From: an uncultured Methanolobus sp.
GTDB taxonomy: Archaea; Halobacteriota; Methanosarcinia; Methanosarcinales; Methanosarcinaceae
Reading direction: 5' to 3'
Assembly: GCA_963675495.1 (NCBI GenBank)
Contig: OY776215.1
Span: 2,720,001-2,784,000 of the forward strand
Length of the DNA: 64,000 nucleotides
The stretch's first letter is position 1. Every line of letters begins with the position of its first letter. The notes under the pieces are model-generated. The model had not been told where the DNA came from. It did not search any database and saw only the letters and a program-made list of their open reading frames with translations. Shown here in pieces: positions 21,472-33,171 of the stretch. A program made the position numbers and the translations under genes.

Positions 21472-22539
21472 ATGATATCTGAGCCAATGAACAGCACCAT
21501 ATGCCCAAAATGCGGAAATGAAACATATAAATTGTTTCAGGGGCGCTGCAAGGACTGTTTTCTCGAAAATTTCACCCTTGCGGAAATAGCTCCTGTGTTA
21601 CATGCAAGAATATGCGCCAGTTGCGGGGCACGTAATGTAAAGAACAAATGGGTTAATTATGGTAACCTTGGGGATATAGTAATCCAGACGGCAGAGGATG
21701 CACTCTTTGTACACGAAATGGCTGAGAATATTGAGGTGTCCATTGAGCCTAGAGAACTTACTCCTCATATGTACAAGGTGCGTATTGAAGTGACTGCAAC
21801 TTTGCTTGGTGAGGTTTTCAATCAGGAACTTGAGGCTGAGGTTCGTGTATTGCGTGAGTCCTGCGACATGTGTAGCCGCATATCCGGTGGATACTTTGAA
21901 GCGATTTTGCAGATAAGGGCTGACAATCGAATTCCTACTGAAGAAGAGATGACTGAGTGCATAGATATTGCCAACAATGTATTGGGAAGGATGCGTAGCA
22001 AAGGCGACAGGCTTGCCTTTATATCAAATTCCCTTGACATAAAAGAAGGTGCTGATCTTTATGTTGGTTCTTCCAACGCAGGCAGGCATATTTGCAAAGA
22101 AATCGTTTCCCGATTGGGTGGCAGTTTTAATGAATCTGAATCTTTGCAGGGAAGAAAAGAGGGTAAAGATGTTTATCGTATCACTTTTTCGCTAAGGCTT
22201 CCTAAATTTATGCCGCAAGATATTATAGAGCATAAAGGAAGGGTAATAGAGGTCAAGAAGTTTGGGAAAAATGTCATCGGTACTGATATTGAGACTGGGG
22301 CACGATTTACTTCCACAGCTGATTCCCTTAAAGGGGCAACACTTCTCATAAAAAGAAAAGACCTGCAAAAAACAATGCTTGTGGCTATTGAGAATGATGA
22401 CCTTCTTGTACTTGACCCTGATACCTATGAGACGGTAACTATTAGAAAACCAGTCATGTTCAGTTCAGAAGCAGGGGCCGAAATCCCCGTTGTCAGAACA
22501 GAGAATGGACTTCTTGCTGTTGCAGATGGATCCCGATAA
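21472..22539 (+). CDS. nmd3: NMD3 family ribosome biogenesis protein
   Basis: CPKCG..CKDC, CASCG and CDMCSRISGGYFEAILQIR motifs. Confidence 0.92.
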   Translation: MISEPMNSTICPKCGNETYKLFQGRCKDCFLENFTLAEIAPVLHARICASCGARNVKNKWVNYGNLGDIVIQTAEDALFVHEMAENIEVSIEPRELTPHMYKVRIEVTATLLGEVFNQELEAEVRVLRESCDMCSRISGGYFEAILQIRADNRIPTEEEMTECIDIANNVLGRMRSKGDRLAFISNSLDIKEGADLYVGSSNAGRHICKEIVSRLGGSFNESESLQGRKEGKDVYRITFSLRLPKFMPQDIIEHKGRVIEVKKFGKNVIGTDIETGARFTSTADSLKGATLLIKRKDLQKTMLVAIENDDLLVLDPDTYETVTIRKPVMFSSEAGAEIPVVRTENGLLAVADGSR

Positions 22540-22548
22540 AAGATCTTT

Positions 22549-23724
22549 ATGTCTACGAAGAATATACTGGTCATTGGTTTTAGTACTCGCAATATAGTGT
22601 GTTCCGGCACAAGAGCCGGATACAACATGTATTCTATCGATGCTTTCTGTGACCATGACCTTTTGCAGTGTTCTGCAGCTTCAAAGAAGCTGGATATAGG
22701 GGAAGCATTTGATGCTAGTAAGATTAGCCTTGCTGAGTTGGCACAGCTCATTGAAAGCTTTAATGTTGTCTTTGATGGTATAATACCAGGTTCAGGTTTC
22801 GAGACGATAGGTCTGGAAAAGTTACATTACAGGATATTTGGTAATGAACCTAGGGTCACAATGGAAGTGTCAAACAAACATCGTTTTTCTCAATTGCTGA
22901 AAAAATTAAACATAGCTCACCCGAGAACAGTCCTTCTTTCTGAGATAGATAAATTACAGTTACCTGTTATTGTCAAACCATCATGTTCGGGTGGTGGTAT
23001 ATTCAATACAAAAGTTGAGAATGAGAGCGATATCAAAGGTATTTATGAAAGATTAAAAAATATCGATCTTCCGGCAAGTAAAAGCAGTATGATTGCCCAG
23101 GAATACGTCGATGGTACGTCAGCGAGTGTTTCGGTAATATCTACAAAGGACAGGGCTGTTGCAGTCGCTGTAAATGAGCAGCTTATTGGAGTGCCATGGC
23201 TTACAGAAATTCCATTTGCGTATTGTGGCAACGTAACTCCTTACGAAACCCCTTATGACTCAGAGATGAAAAGAATATCTGAAGAATTGATTCTTGAGCT
23301 TGGACTGGTAGGTTCAAATGGTGTGGATTTTATAATGAGTGAAGATGGTCCGGTAGTAATTGAGGTCAATGCACGTTTCCAGGGTAGTCTGGATACTGTT
23401 GAGATGGCAACAGGCATCAATTTAGTGGATTCCCACCTAAAAGCTTTTGAGGGAACTATTGATTTCCAGATAAAGAACAAAACTCAGCATGCATGTAGGG
23501 CGGTCCTTTATGCCGGACAGAAAACAGTAGTAGTAACTGGAGCCACTCAAAAGAAATTGCTTGAAATGAATGTATGTGATATTCCAAGTGTTGGCCAGGT
23601 AATAAATTCAGAAGAACCTGTTATATCGATTTTATGCTCTGGAAATGTTCGTGAGGAAGTTTTATCTGAAATTAAGGAAAGCGTTATGTTTATACGTGAA
23701 TCATTGAATCTACTTGAATCCTGA
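22549..23724 (+). CDS. ATP-grasp domain protein
   Basis: VKPSCSGGG, QEYVDG, GSNGVDF and IEVNARFQG motifs. Confidence 0.88.
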   Translation: MSTKNILVIGFSTRNIVCSGTRAGYNMYSIDAFCDHDLLQCSAASKKLDIGEAFDASKISLAELAQLIESFNVVFDGIIPGSGFETIGLEKLHYRIFGNEPRVTMEVSNKHRFSQLLKKLNIAHPRTVLLSEIDKLQLPVIVKPSCSGGGIFNTKVENESDIKGIYERLKNIDLPASKSSMIAQEYVDGTSASVSVISTKDRAVAVAVNEQLIGVPWLTEIPFAYCGNVTPYETPYDSEMKRISEELILELGLVGSNGVDFIMSEDGPVVIEVNARFQGSLDTVEMATGINLVDSHLKAFEGTIDFQIKNKTQHACRAVLYAGQKTVVVTGATQKKLLEMNVCDIPSVGQVINSEEPVISILCSGNVREEVLSEIKESVMFIRESLNLLES

Positions 23725-23834
23725 ACAAAAGACCTGCAAATAGGTTGATAATGTTCCAAATCAGGCGGGATTTGCAAGCAAAGATTAATATTTGAATACA
23801 TTGCATTAACAAGCACATCATGAGGTGAAATTTT

Positions 23835-24332
23835 TTGATAGATTTGAATGATCCGGTTGTCAGGGGCTATCTCGTTAGGTTGGTGGGTGAAGATGGACTG
23901 CTGATGATAGAGAAGATGCCCGACGGAGAGGTAACTGACGAACAAATAGCAGAAGCCACGGGTATTCTATTAAACATAGTCCGAAGAACTCTTTTTATTC
24001 TCAATGAGAATAAACTCGCTGTATGCAGGCGTGAACGTGATTCCAGTAGTGGTTGGCTTACATACCTGTGGACCCTTGACATGACTGATATTGGTCCGCA
24101 ATTAGCAAAGGAAAAGAAGAGACTTGTAAAACACCTAAGGACCAGAGTTAATTTTGAAGAAGAAAATGTTTTCTACAAATGTCCGGAAGGCTGCGTCCGA
24201 ATGAATTTTAATGAGGCTACAGAATGCGAGTTTCTTTGTCCATACTGCGGTGAGGACATGATGTATGAGGATAATGCTGAATTCATTCATAAGATAGATA
24301 AGCGCCTGGCTTTTTTGGGTAAAGATCAGTAG
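23835..24332 (+). CDS. tfe: Transcription factor E
   Basis: VTDEQIAE..LNIVRRTL winged helix, GWLTYLW and CPEGC..CPYCG motifs; TTG start with GAGGTG RBS. Confidence 0.94.
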   Translation: MIDLNDPVVRGYLVRLVGEDGLLMIEKMPDGEVTDEQIAEATGILLNIVRRTLFILNENKLAVCRRERDSSSGWLTYLWTLDMTDIGPQLAKEKKRLVKHLRTRVNFEEENVFYKCPEGCVRMNFNEATECEFLCPYCGEDMMYEDNAEFIHKIDKRLAFLGKDQ

Positions 24333-24333
24333 A

Positions 24334-24840
24334 ATGCTTTCGCGTGAAGATGCTCTTGATATACTAAAGATTTCGGGTTGCAGTAAAAAGGTTATAGCTC
24401 ATTGCGTGGCTGTAGCTGACCTAGCTCTTTCAATGGGTTTGAAACTGGAAAACGCTGGATTAAATGTTGATTTGGAGCTTGTCGAGATTGGCGGACTCCT
24501 GCATGATCTTGGAAGGGCAAAAAGTCATGGAATCGATCATGCCATAATAGGTGTTGACATCGCAAAGAAAAATAACATTGAACCAGCAGTTCAGGAAATA
24601 ATCAGACGTCATATTGGAGCCGGCATCACAAGGAAAGAAGCGAAAAAAGTGGGACTTCCTGGTGATGACTATATGCCTGTGACTCTGGAGCAGAAAATCG
24701 TGGCCCATGCGGATAATCTTCTGATAGGTACAGAAAGGATATCTATTGACCGGCGTATCCGGAAGATGCAGGAGAAAAATATCGATGAGGGAAGTATTGA
24801 ACGGGTAAAAGCACTTGCTGAAGAAATAGGCATTTACTGA
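24334..24840 (+). CDS. HD domain protein (TIGR00295-like)
   Basis: H..LLHDLGR, HAIIG, RHIGAG and IVAHADN motifs. Confidence 0.88.
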   Translation: MLSREDALDILKISGCSKKVIAHCVAVADLALSMGLKLENAGLNVDLELVEIGGLLHDLGRAKSHGIDHAIIGVDIAKKNNIEPAVQEIIRRHIGAGITRKEAKKVGLPGDDYMPVTLEQKIVAHADNLLIGTERISIDRRIRKMQEKNIDEGSIERVKALAEEIGIY

Positions 24841-24950
24841 ACAAGGGATAAATATATATATATAAATTGCTAATGAGTAACTGATTAATGCATTAAATGC
24901 ATAGTACATTTTTCAAATTTATTTTCTCATTTTTGTATGAGGTATAATTA

Positions 24951-25580
24951 ATGGTTAATGATAAACATTACAAAGGTACAACCACTGTAGGTATAGTTTG
25001 CAATGACGGTGTTGTTCTTGCAACCGAGCAGCGTGCAACAATGGGGAATTTCATTGCAAGTAAAACTGCAAAGAAGGTCTACCAGATAGATGATCTGGTT
25101 GCAATGACCATTGCTGGTTCTGTGGGAGATGCACAGCAGATTGTAAGGGTAATGAGTGTGGAGTCTAAATTATACAAAATGAGACGTAAGGAGACCATGA
25201 CTATTAAAGGTCTTACAACTCTTTTGTCAAATATGCTCAGTGGTCAGAGATACTATCCACTTATGGTGCAGCTTCTTGTTGGAGGATATGACAAGAACGG
25301 ACCTTCAATATACTCACTCGATGCTCTCGGTGGAAGCATCGAAGAGACAAAGGCTGTATCTACAGGTTCAGGTTCTCCTTTTGCATATGGTGTACTTGAA
25401 GATCGCTACAAGGAAGATATGACCACCGATGAAGGCGTCGAGCTGGCTGTCAGGGCACTTCACAATGCGATGAAGAGAGACTCTGCATCTGGTGAGAACA
25501 TAGATGTTGTGGTTATCAATAAGGATAAATATACCAGACTTGACATGGAAGACGTCAAAAAAATGAGGGAAGAATTTTAA
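24951..25580 (+). CDS. psmB: Proteasome beta subunit
   Basis: Short propeptide then GTTTVG; GSVGDAQ, TGSGS and RDSASG motifs. Confidence 0.97.
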   Translation: MVNDKHYKGTTTVGIVCNDGVVLATEQRATMGNFIASKTAKKVYQIDDLVAMTIAGSVGDAQQIVRVMSVESKLYKMRRKETMTIKGLTTLLSNMLSGQRYYPLMVQLLVGGYDKNGPSIYSLDALGGSIEETKAVSTGSGSPFAYGVLEDRYKEDMTTDEGVELAVRALHNAMKRDSASGENIDVVVINKDKYTRLDMEDVKKMREEF

Positions 25581-25692
25581 TTTAATATAATAATTCTTTC
25601 ATTTCTTTCATTTGAACTACCATAAATAATATTTTAAATATAGTTTTCAACTATATTATATTTTTCACTTTTTTATAAGGAAGGCTATTTCA

Positions 25693-27603
25693 ATGGCTGT
25701 AGAAGAAGTACTATCTGATCTTAAGAAGAAAATAGAAGAAAAACTACCAATTGGTACTACTATTTCTAGTGTTGAGTTTGAAGGCCCACAGCTTGTTGTT
25801 TACACAGAAGAGCCTAAGAAGTTTGCAGATAACGGTAATATTGTCAGAACTCTGGCAAAGACACTGAGGACACGTATTGTGGTACGTCCTGATCCCAAAG
25901 TGCTTATGCCTCCAGAGGAATCAATTGAAAAGATCCTGAAAACTGTCCCTGAAGAATCCGGGGTATCCAACTATCACTTTGACCCTGATGTGGGTGAAGT
26001 AATTATTGAAGCTGATAAACCAGGCCTTGTAATCGGAAAACATGGTGAGACTCTCAGGGAAATAACGAAGAAGATAGGATGGACGCCAAAGGTCGTAAGA
26101 GCTCCCCCTATCAAGTCACGTACTGTTAAGAACATACGTGAATTCATGCGTACCAACCACAAAGAAAGGAAGGATATCCTTAAATCAGTGGGAAGAAAGA
26201 TCCACAGGGGTTGTACTTCAAAGGATGAGTGGGTAAGGGTTACCTCACTGGGTGGTGCAAAAGAAGTTGGAAGGAGCTGTTTCATCATCTCAACCCCCGA
26301 ATCGCGCATAATGATCGATTGTGGTGTCAATGTCGGTTCAGATGACAATATGACTCCTTATCTCTATGTGCCTGAAGCATACCCTATTAACCAGATCGAT
26401 GCTGTTGTGTTAACACACGCCCACCTTGACCATCAGGGTCTTGTGCCACTCCTCTATAAATACGGTTTTGAAGGCCCTATTTATTGTACTCCGCCAACAA
26501 GGGATCTTATGGCTCTATTGCAGCTTGACTACATTGATGTTGCTGCAAAGGAAGGTAAAAGGCCTCCATACAGTTCCGCTGAAGTCAGAGAAGGACTCAA
26601 ACATACCATCGTTCTTGATTACGAGGAAGTAACCGATATAGCACCTGATATAAAGCTCACATTCCATAATGCAGGGCATATTATCGGTTCTGCAGTTTCT
26701 CATTTCCACATTGGGGATGGCCTTCACAATGTGGTTGTCACAGGTGACTTCAAATATGAGAAGACAAGGCTCTTTGACGCTGCAGTTAATAAATTCCCGC
26801 GTGTCGAAAGTGTTATCATGGAGTCCACATACGGAAACTCCAATGGTACTCAGCCGAGCCTTCAGGAAGCGGAAAGAAACCTTCAGAACATTGTCAATTC
26901 AACGCTTGAAAAGGATGGTATCGTACTGATACCTGCATTTGCAGTGGGAAGAAGCCAGGAAGTAATGATAGTACTTGAAGATGCTATACGCAAAGGAATC
27001 ATACCAAACGTTCCTGTCTATCTTGATGGAATGATCTGGGAAGCAACGGCTATTCATGCGACATATCCTGAGTATCTCAACAATGACCTGCGCAAGCTCA
27101 TCTTCCAGAAGGGACAGAACCCATTCCTTGCAGAATGCTTCAAGCCCGTTGACTCAAATGAACTGCGCCAGAAGATCATCAATGAGCAAGAGCCATGTGT
27201 GATACTGGCCACATCTGGTATGATGAATGCAGGTCCTGTGATAGAATACTTCAAGGCGTTTGCAGAGAACGAAAACAATACTCTTGTCTTTGTAGGTTAT
27301 CAGGCAGACGGAACTATGGGTCGAAGGATCCAGAAAGGCTGGAAAGAGATTCCTCTCTCAAGCAGCAACGGAACCCATGTTGTCAAAATGAACATGAAAG
27401 CAGAGGTTGTCGATGGTTTCTCCGGTCACTCCGACAGGAGACAATTGATGGACTACATCAAGAAGATGAAACCACGGCCTGAAAGAGTTTATACCGAGCA
27501 CGGAGACGAGCGTTCGTGTGTGGATCTTGCAAGCTCTATTCATAAGAGAAATAAAATGGAAACAAAAGCACTTACAAATCTTGAAACAGTACGGTTGGTC
27601 TGA
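25693..27603 (+). CDS. fttA: Beta-CASP ribonuclease aCPSF1 / termination factor FttA
   Basis: N-terminal KH domains; [22 protein letters not shown] and FSGHSD motifs. Confidence 0.96.
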   Translation: MAVEEVLSDLKKKIEEKLPIGTTISSVEFEGPQLVVYTEEPKKFADNGNIVRTLAKTLRTRIVVRPDPKVLMPPEESIEKILKTVPEESGVSNYHFDPDVGEVIIEADKPGLVIGKHGETLREITKKIGWTPKVVRAPPIKSRTVKNIREFMRTNHKERKDILKSVGRKIHRGCTSKDEWVRVTSLGGAKEVGRSCFIISTPESRIMIDCGVNVGSDDNMTPYLYVPEAYPINQIDAVVLTHAHLDHQGLVPLLYKYGFEGPIYCTPPTRDLMALLQLDYIDVAAKEGKRPPYSSAEVREGLKHTIVLDYEEVTDIAPDIKLTFHNAGHIIGSAVSHFHIGDGLHNVVVTGDFKYEKTRLFDAAVNKFPRVESVIMESTYGNSNGTQPSLQEAERNLQNIVNSTLEKDGIVLIPAFAVGRSQEVMIVLEDAIRKGIIPNVPVYLDGMIWEATAIHATYPEYLNNDLRKLIFQKGQNPFLAECFKPVDSNELRQKIINEQEPCVILATSGMMNAGPVIEYFKAFAENENNTLVFVGYQADGTMGRRIQKGWKEIPLSSSNGTHVVKMNMKAEVVDGFSGHSDRRQLMDYIKKMKPRPERVYTEHGDERSCVDLASSIHKRNKMETKALTNLETVRLV

Positions 27604-27619
27604 CCGTACTTCTTTTTTT
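27588..27619 (+). terminator. Hairpin + T tract after fttA
   Basis: AGTACGGT/ACCGTACT stem followed by TCTTTTTTT. Confidence 0.65.
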
Positions 27620-27641
27620 GCAGTAACTTGGTATATCTGAT

Positions 27642-28466
27642 CTAAAAAGATATATTTGTGATATTGAATTCAGCAATATCTGGGATATTATACCAGTAAC
27701 CTTCCAATGGGGCTGCAGATCCACAACGAACAAATCTTACTGGAACCTGATAGATGGCTCTTTTTCTTGCCTCAGTATCATATATCTGGTAGATCTCATC
27801 CATTACAGAGGGTTCAGGTTTCACATCACTCGAAATATCTATGTAACCTGTTTTTACATTGTAACCAATTAGAATACTAGTGGCATTTTCAATTTCCGGA
27901 AAAGTACCATCAGCTCTATATGCACCTCTAATTTCACCTACATTGTTCCTGTAAAGCCTTTGTTCTTCACTCAATGGATATGGAAGTTTTCCGTAGGTTG
28001 CGTAAACATCTTCTTTATCCTCCATCGGATCAAGAACATACGCAGCATGGTACAGGATGAGTCCGTCATCACCATAACTCAATTCTTTGAGGGGCTTGAT
28101 CATAGTTTCATCACCTATCTCTCCAAGAGCGAGCATCGAAGCCATCCTCAGATATTTTTCTTCATCTTCGTCCTGGGAAATGTTCAGAAGCATCTCTGCC
28201 GTACTATTACCGCCTATCATGCCAAGAACAGTAATTGCATTTTTCCGTTCTTCAATTGTCCTGTTGTCATCTTTGACCATCTGGTTCAATGATGCAACTG
28301 TTTTTTCATCTCCGATTTCCGCAAGCTTGTCTATTGCAGCGGTTCTGATACTTTCATTTTCGTTGTCTAGATGACTTATAAGGAAATCTACAGAAGTGTC
28401 TTCAACGCAACCCGATGAAAGTATTAATATGATACTCAAAATTAACAGGAAGGGAATTGTTTTCAT
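27642..28466 (-). CDS. HEAT-repeat lipoprotein
   Basis: Signal LSSGC; repeats R..A...L..IG (IRTAAIDKLAEIG, RKNAITVLGMIG, RMASMLALGEIG); start moved to MKTIPF. Confidence 0.8.
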   Translation of the reverse strand: MKTIPFLLILSIILILSSGCVEDTSVDFLISHLDNENESIRTAAIDKLAEIGDEKTVASLNQMVKDDNRTIEERKNAITVLGMIGGNSTAEMLLNISQDEDEEKYLRMASMLALGEIGDETMIKPLKELSYGDDGLILYHAAYVLDPMEDKEDVYATYGKLPYPLSEEQRLYRNNVGEIRGAYRADGTFPEIENATSILIGYNVKTGYIDISSDVKPEPSVMDEIYQIYDTEARKRAIYQVPVRFVRCGSAAPLEGYWYNIPDIAEFNITNISF

Positions 28467-28596
28467 GTAAAGCAGAAAAGACACAATCTGTATTATCTTT
28501 TTTGTAAAAAGTTCTATATTTTTTATCAACTGGCTAACTTCGGAATTCAAAATAAAAAGTGGATTTTATTATAATACTTGTCAGTTATTCACAAGT

Positions 28597-29256
28597 TTAG
28601 TCTGATTGTTCAACATCCTGCAGATTGGTCAGGTATCTGATAAGGGCAGAGTGATCTTTAACTATCAGGTCAGCTTCCTGAAGCTTTATCGCATCAATAT
28701 ATGTCGGGATTCCTACGCAGAACATACCTGCGTTTTTGGCAGATTCTACTCCAAGAGGCGCATTCTCGACAACAAAACATTCGTTCTTGTCCAGTCCCAA
28801 CAGCTCGACTGCCTTGTTATATGGCTCAGGGTCGGGTTTTCCTCTCTTGACATCCTCGCCTGAGATTACAGCATCGAATATTCCAGGATAGAACTTTTCC
28901 ATAAGTGATGTTACAATTGTCCTGTCAGCACCGGATGCAACAGCAAGTTTGAATTTCGGTTTTATTGAACTCAGGCATTTGTACATGCCTTCAAATATCT
29001 CTGAGTGATTATTCTCAAGAAAGTGTGCTCTCTTTTTTTGAAGGATAGTATCGTAAATATCCGCTTCTGGGATCCTGCCTGCTTTTTCAAAAATAAGATT
29101 AATCACACCAACATGATTTGATCCTTCGATCTCATAGATCTCTTCTTCAATGACATTGATTCCAAATTCCGCAAAGACGTCGACCCATGCTTTTGCATGA
29201 TATGGCATTGAGTTGACAAGGACTCCATCAGAGTCAAAAATAATTCCTTTGAACAT
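28597..29256 (-). CDS. HAD-superfamily phosphatase (beta-PGM-like)
   Basis: FDSDGVL, KPDPEPY and VVENAPLG motifs. Confidence 0.9.
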   Translation of the reverse strand: MFKGIIFDSDGVLVNSMPYHAKAWVDVFAEFGINVIEEEIYEIEGSNHVGVINLIFEKAGRIPEADIYDTILQKKRAHFLENNHSEIFEGMYKCLSSIKPKFKLAVASGADRTIVTSLMEKFYPGIFDAVISGEDVKRGKPDPEPYNKAVELLGLDKNECFVVENAPLGVESAKNAGMFCVGIPTYIDAIKLQEADLIVKDHSALIRYLTNLQDVEQSD

Positions 29257-29356
29257 ATGGGTTCCTTGCGGGTATTTATGATAAAAGTTATGGGCTGAAA
29301 AATTCACCAAACAATTATATCGATAATGATATATCTCTGCATGATGAATTTGAATT

Positions 29357-29575
29357 ATGGATTCAAAAGATGCTGTAGATTCGTTCCGGATTTGTCTTAA
29401 CTGTGGTTATGAACGTGGGTTTCACGTCCATTTCAAGGAAATCTCAGATGGAAAAGCAAGACTTGGACTGATATGTCCCGGCTGTGGACAGAGTTATGAT
29501 ATAGGCTGGCTCACAGCGGATATACCAGAGCTCAAACCACAAAAAGAAGAAATATATGGAGAGATGGACCATTAG
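29357..29575 (+). CDS. Small zinc-ribbon protein
   Basis: CLNCGYERGFH..LICPGCGQSYDIGW. Confidence 0.78.
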   Translation: MDSKDAVDSFRICLNCGYERGFHVHFKEISDGKARLGLICPGCGQSYDIGWLTADIPELKPQKEEIYGEMDH

Positions 29576-30573
29576 GTCTTTTTCAATTTCTCCATTTTAC
29601 TTTTGATTTTTAAAGCATTATCACTGTGTTTTTTGTGAAGACTTTCAGACTCTTCCTTGCTTAGTTTATTCTTTTTTCTGTCTTCTTTTATTTGTGCAAG
29701 GACCATAAGCTCCGCTTCGTAACGGTCTTCAAGTTTGCTCATCTCTCCTGAACTTTCCTTTCTATAATGTAGTATTGCAGCGGCTATGATCACGATAATG
29801 ATGCCCAGTATTCCTAACATGATGAATGAATTATATGGTATTGTTGCAGCCCGTTCTTCATTATTTTTTTCGAGTGCTATGCTGAGTTCATTGAACTGTG
29901 GGAATGACCATATGTAGGATGTGTAGTTCTTATCGCTGATGATCTCATCAGCTGCAATTGTAAGCCCTTCTGCTGAAATGATTGCAGGAATCTCATTCTC
30001 TTCGTGGTTGACAACGATTATGAGCCTTGATATTGGATAATCAAAAACCCCGTCTTCCCGGATGACTTTTCTGAAAGTCGGGACTTCTTCATGGCTATGT
30101 GTGGCATATCTGATACCGTAAAGCAGTGGCATTCCACTGGAATCTGTAGTTCCATAATATGATGGGAAATACAGGAAATTACCTTCTTTTGAATAGTTAA
30201 CAGAAGTTGCAGTGCTACTGCCTGCCATATCGGTTACCTGAAATTGCATGATTTCTGCATTTTCCGGAACCCATAATACGAATTCTTCACTGTCATTTGC
30301 TGAACCTGCGGAATAGACTATGGATTCAGATGCAAGCACATAGTCATTCTCTTCAAAATATAGCTCAATAAGATGATTGTATTCTGAGATACCCGTTTGT
30401 TCGTAAATACCTGAAATTGCAGATCGATCGCTGATATTTTCTGATATATTTGCATGTGCAAGAGCAGGGGCTTGTAAAAAAAGACAACAGGTGAATATCA
30501 TTAGGAATACTGGCAAGTATCGTGTTATGCATTTCCTTGATTGTAGGGCATAAGTGAATGATTGTTCTTTCAT
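29572..30573 (-). CDS. Single-pass membrane hypothetical protein
   Basis: Signal peptide, beta-rich ectodomain, TM helix and charged coiled-coil tail. Confidence 0.7.
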   Translation of the reverse strand: MKEQSFTYALQSRKCITRYLPVFLMIFTCCLFLQAPALAHANISENISDRSAISGIYEQTGISEYNHLIELYFEENDYVLASESIVYSAGSANDSEEFVLWVPENAEIMQFQVTDMAGSSTATSVNYSKEGNFLYFPSYYGTTDSSGMPLLYGIRYATHSHEEVPTFRKVIREDGVFDYPISRLIIVVNHEENEIPAIISAEGLTIAADEIISDKNYTSYIWSFPQFNELSIALEKNNEERAATIPYNSFIMLGILGIIIVIIAAAILHYRKESSGEMSKLEDRYEAELMVLAQIKEDRKKNKLSKEESESLHKKHSDNALKIKSKMEKLKKT

Positions 30574-30801
30574 TATATCACAGAAATAAATGGGTAAGGG
30601 CTAATGATGTACATTCTATATGTCAATTATCCTGTCAATTTTGAAATCGATGGCGTTTGAATGATCTTATATAAAGATTTCGTATATTTTTTCAAATTAT
30701 GCTTTTAGAATGATTCATTTGGTAATAATCTGAACATATTCTTCATAAATAATAATTCACATTAATAAACGTTAAATATAGGTACTTGAATTTAGAGTGT
30801 C

Positions 30802-33171
30802 ATGGATTCGTTTACAGCAATTACTCTAGCGGTTTTTTTGCCATTTATTTTGGCCGGTATATTGCCTGCCGTTGAAAAAATTCTAAAGGGTAAAATAGGG
30901 TGGTATGCTTCCGCAGTTGCATTCCTGAGTTTATTATTAATTGCTCAGGCTGCTCCGGAAATTATACATGGGGAGACTATTCAGAACTCTATAGACTGGC
31001 TTCCTTCAATGGGTATAAATCTCTCTTTCTATGCCGATGGCCTGAGTGTCATGTTCGGTTTCATTGTATCCGGCATTGGTGTGATAATCATGTCATACTC
31101 CAACGGATATATGTCAAAGAAAGAGGATCTTCCAAGATACTACCAACAACTCCTCTTCTTCATGGGGTCAATGCTTGGTATGGTCTTTTCAGCTAACACT
31201 ATTCAATTGTTCATTTTCTGGGAACTCACAAGTATCACATCTTTCATGCTTATCGGATACTGGCGCAACAGACCGATGTCAGTATACGGAGCCACAAAAT
31301 CATTACTCATAACCGCAGCTGGCGGTTTGTTCATGCTTGCCGGATTTCTGGTATTACATGCCATCACCGGTACATACGACATTCCCACAATATTGCATAG
31401 CGAATCCATGAGGGAAATGATACTCGGCCATGAACTTTTCCTTGCTGCACTCATTCTCATATTAATCGGTGCTGCCTCTAAATCAGCACAAGGTCCTTTT
31501 TACATATGGCTCCCCAACGCAATGGAAGCACCAACACCGGTCAGTGCATTCCTGCACTCGGCAACAATGGTGAAGGCTGGTATTTATCTCGTAGCAAGGA
31601 TACATCCGATATTTTCAGGAACTGAAGCCTGGTTCATTCTTGTAAGTGGTGTTGGAATATTTACAATGCTTCTTGCAGGTTTCCTTGCTTTCAGACAGAC
31701 GGACATTAAGGGAATACTTGCATATTCCACCATAAGCCAGCTTGCCTATCTCATGACAATGTATGGTTACACCACACACCACGAACCTGGAATTGGTGTT
31801 GCTGCTGCAAGTTTCCATCTTCTCAACCACGCAACTTTCAAGGCATGTCTTTTCCTTGTAGCGGGTATAGTGGCTCACGAGGCTGCAACAAGGGACATTA
31901 CAAAGATGGGAGGGTTGCGCAAGGAAATGCCCATCACTTTCATTGTCGCTACCATCGGAGCGTTATCCATGGCAGGAATACCTCCTTTGAATGGTTTCCT
32001 CAGCAAGGAGATGTTCTATGAATCATCTGTTGAGATGGGGGCACTTCTCGGGGCACCATATAACATACTCATTCCTGCACTTGCAGTACTTGGTGGTGTG
32101 TTCACATTTGCCTATTCCATCAAACTAATAGACGGTATATTCCTTGGAAAGAGACCCTCAAAAGGCTTGCCAGAGCACATACACGATCCATCCATGATAA
32201 TGCTTGCACCTGCGATGTTCCTTGCAGGACTTATAATATTATTCGGACTTGTACCTTCAATACCAGTACATAATTTCATAGATCCAACTGTTTCAGGAAT
32301 ACTGCTTGAAGAAACACATCTGCATGTAAAACTGTGGCACGGGTTCACAACATCACTTATGATGACACTTGTTACCTTTGCACTTGGAATACTAACCTAC
32401 ACGCAATATGGAAAGATCGCAGAATGGCAGAACAGGTTCAACGCAAGGCATCCATGGATAAGTGTCAATTATTACTATGATGCAGCCGTGGATAATGCAA
32501 AGAATGTAACTTCAAAGTTCTCCAACAGGATGCAGCCCGGTCCTATTAAGACTTACGTAATTGCCCTGTTGTTATTGACCATCGCAATGTTTGCGATACC
32601 TGCAATATTATTGGCATCAAGCCTGGTACCAGGAAATCTTAATTTCGATATTCCTCTATATGAAGGTATAATTTTCCTTTTTATGATCATAGTAGCACTC
32701 GGAGCTGCATTCTTACCAAGATATCTACCTGCGATAATATCCCTTTCCGGCTTAGGCTATCTGGTAGCTCTTTTATTCATATATCTACAGGCTCCGGACC
32801 TTGCACTGACACAGGTATTGGTTGAAACACTTTCAACTATAATCTTCCTGCTGGCAATAGCGAAGATCCCACAAAAGTTCAAGGAACATATCTCCGGAAA
32901 AACACTTGTTCGGGATCTGCTCATATCCGTGACAGTGGCCTCAATAGTATTCATTATACTGATAAACGCAACTCAGGGAATAGTTCCACCATTTGAATCA
33001 CTTTCGCACTATTTCATTGAGAAGAGTCTTCCGCTTGCAGGCGGACACAATATAGTAAATGTGATTATAGTGGATTTTAGAGGATATGATACTCTTGGAG
33101 AGATATCCGTTCTCTGTCTTGCAGCATTTGGTGTCTATAACCTGATACACAGCAGGGGTGATGATCAGTGA
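30802..33171 (+). CDS. mrpA: Mrp Na+/H+ antiporter subunit A
   Basis: FWELTS, WLPNAMEAPTPVSAFLHSATMVKAG, APDLALTQ and DFRGYDTLGE motifs. Confidence 0.95.
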   Translation: MDSFTAITLAVFLPFILAGILPAVEKILKGKIGWYASAVAFLSLLLIAQAAPEIIHGETIQNSIDWLPSMGINLSFYADGLSVMFGFIVSGIGVIIMSYSNGYMSKKEDLPRYYQQLLFFMGSMLGMVFSANTIQLFIFWELTSITSFMLIGYWRNRPMSVYGATKSLLITAAGGLFMLAGFLVLHAITGTYDIPTILHSESMREMILGHELFLAALILILIGAASKSAQGPFYIWLPNAMEAPTPVSAFLHSATMVKAGIYLVARIHPIFSGTEAWFILVSGVGIFTMLLAGFLAFRQTDIKGILAYSTISQLAYLMTMYGYTTHHEPGIGVAAASFHLLNHATFKACLFLVAGIVAHEAATRDITKMGGLRKEMPITFIVATIGALSMAGIPPLNGFLSKEMFYESSVEMGALLGAPYNILIPALAVLGGVFTFAYSIKLIDGIFLGKRPSKGLPEHIHDPSMIMLAPAMFLAGLIILFGLVPSIPVHNFIDPTVSGILLEETHLHVKLWHGFTTSLMMTLVTFALGILTYTQYGKIAEWQNRFNARHPWISVNYYYDAAVDNAKNVTSKFSNRMQPGPIKTYVIALLLLTIAMFAIPAILLASSLVPGNLNFDIPLYEGIIFLFMIIVALGAAFLPRYLPAIISLSGLGYLVALLFIYLQAPDLALTQVLVETLSTIIFLLAIAKIPQKFKEHISGKTLVRDLLISVTVASIVFIILINATQGIVPPFESLSHYFIEKSLPLAGGHNIVNVIIVDFRGYDTLGEISVLCLAAFGVYNLIHSRGDDQ

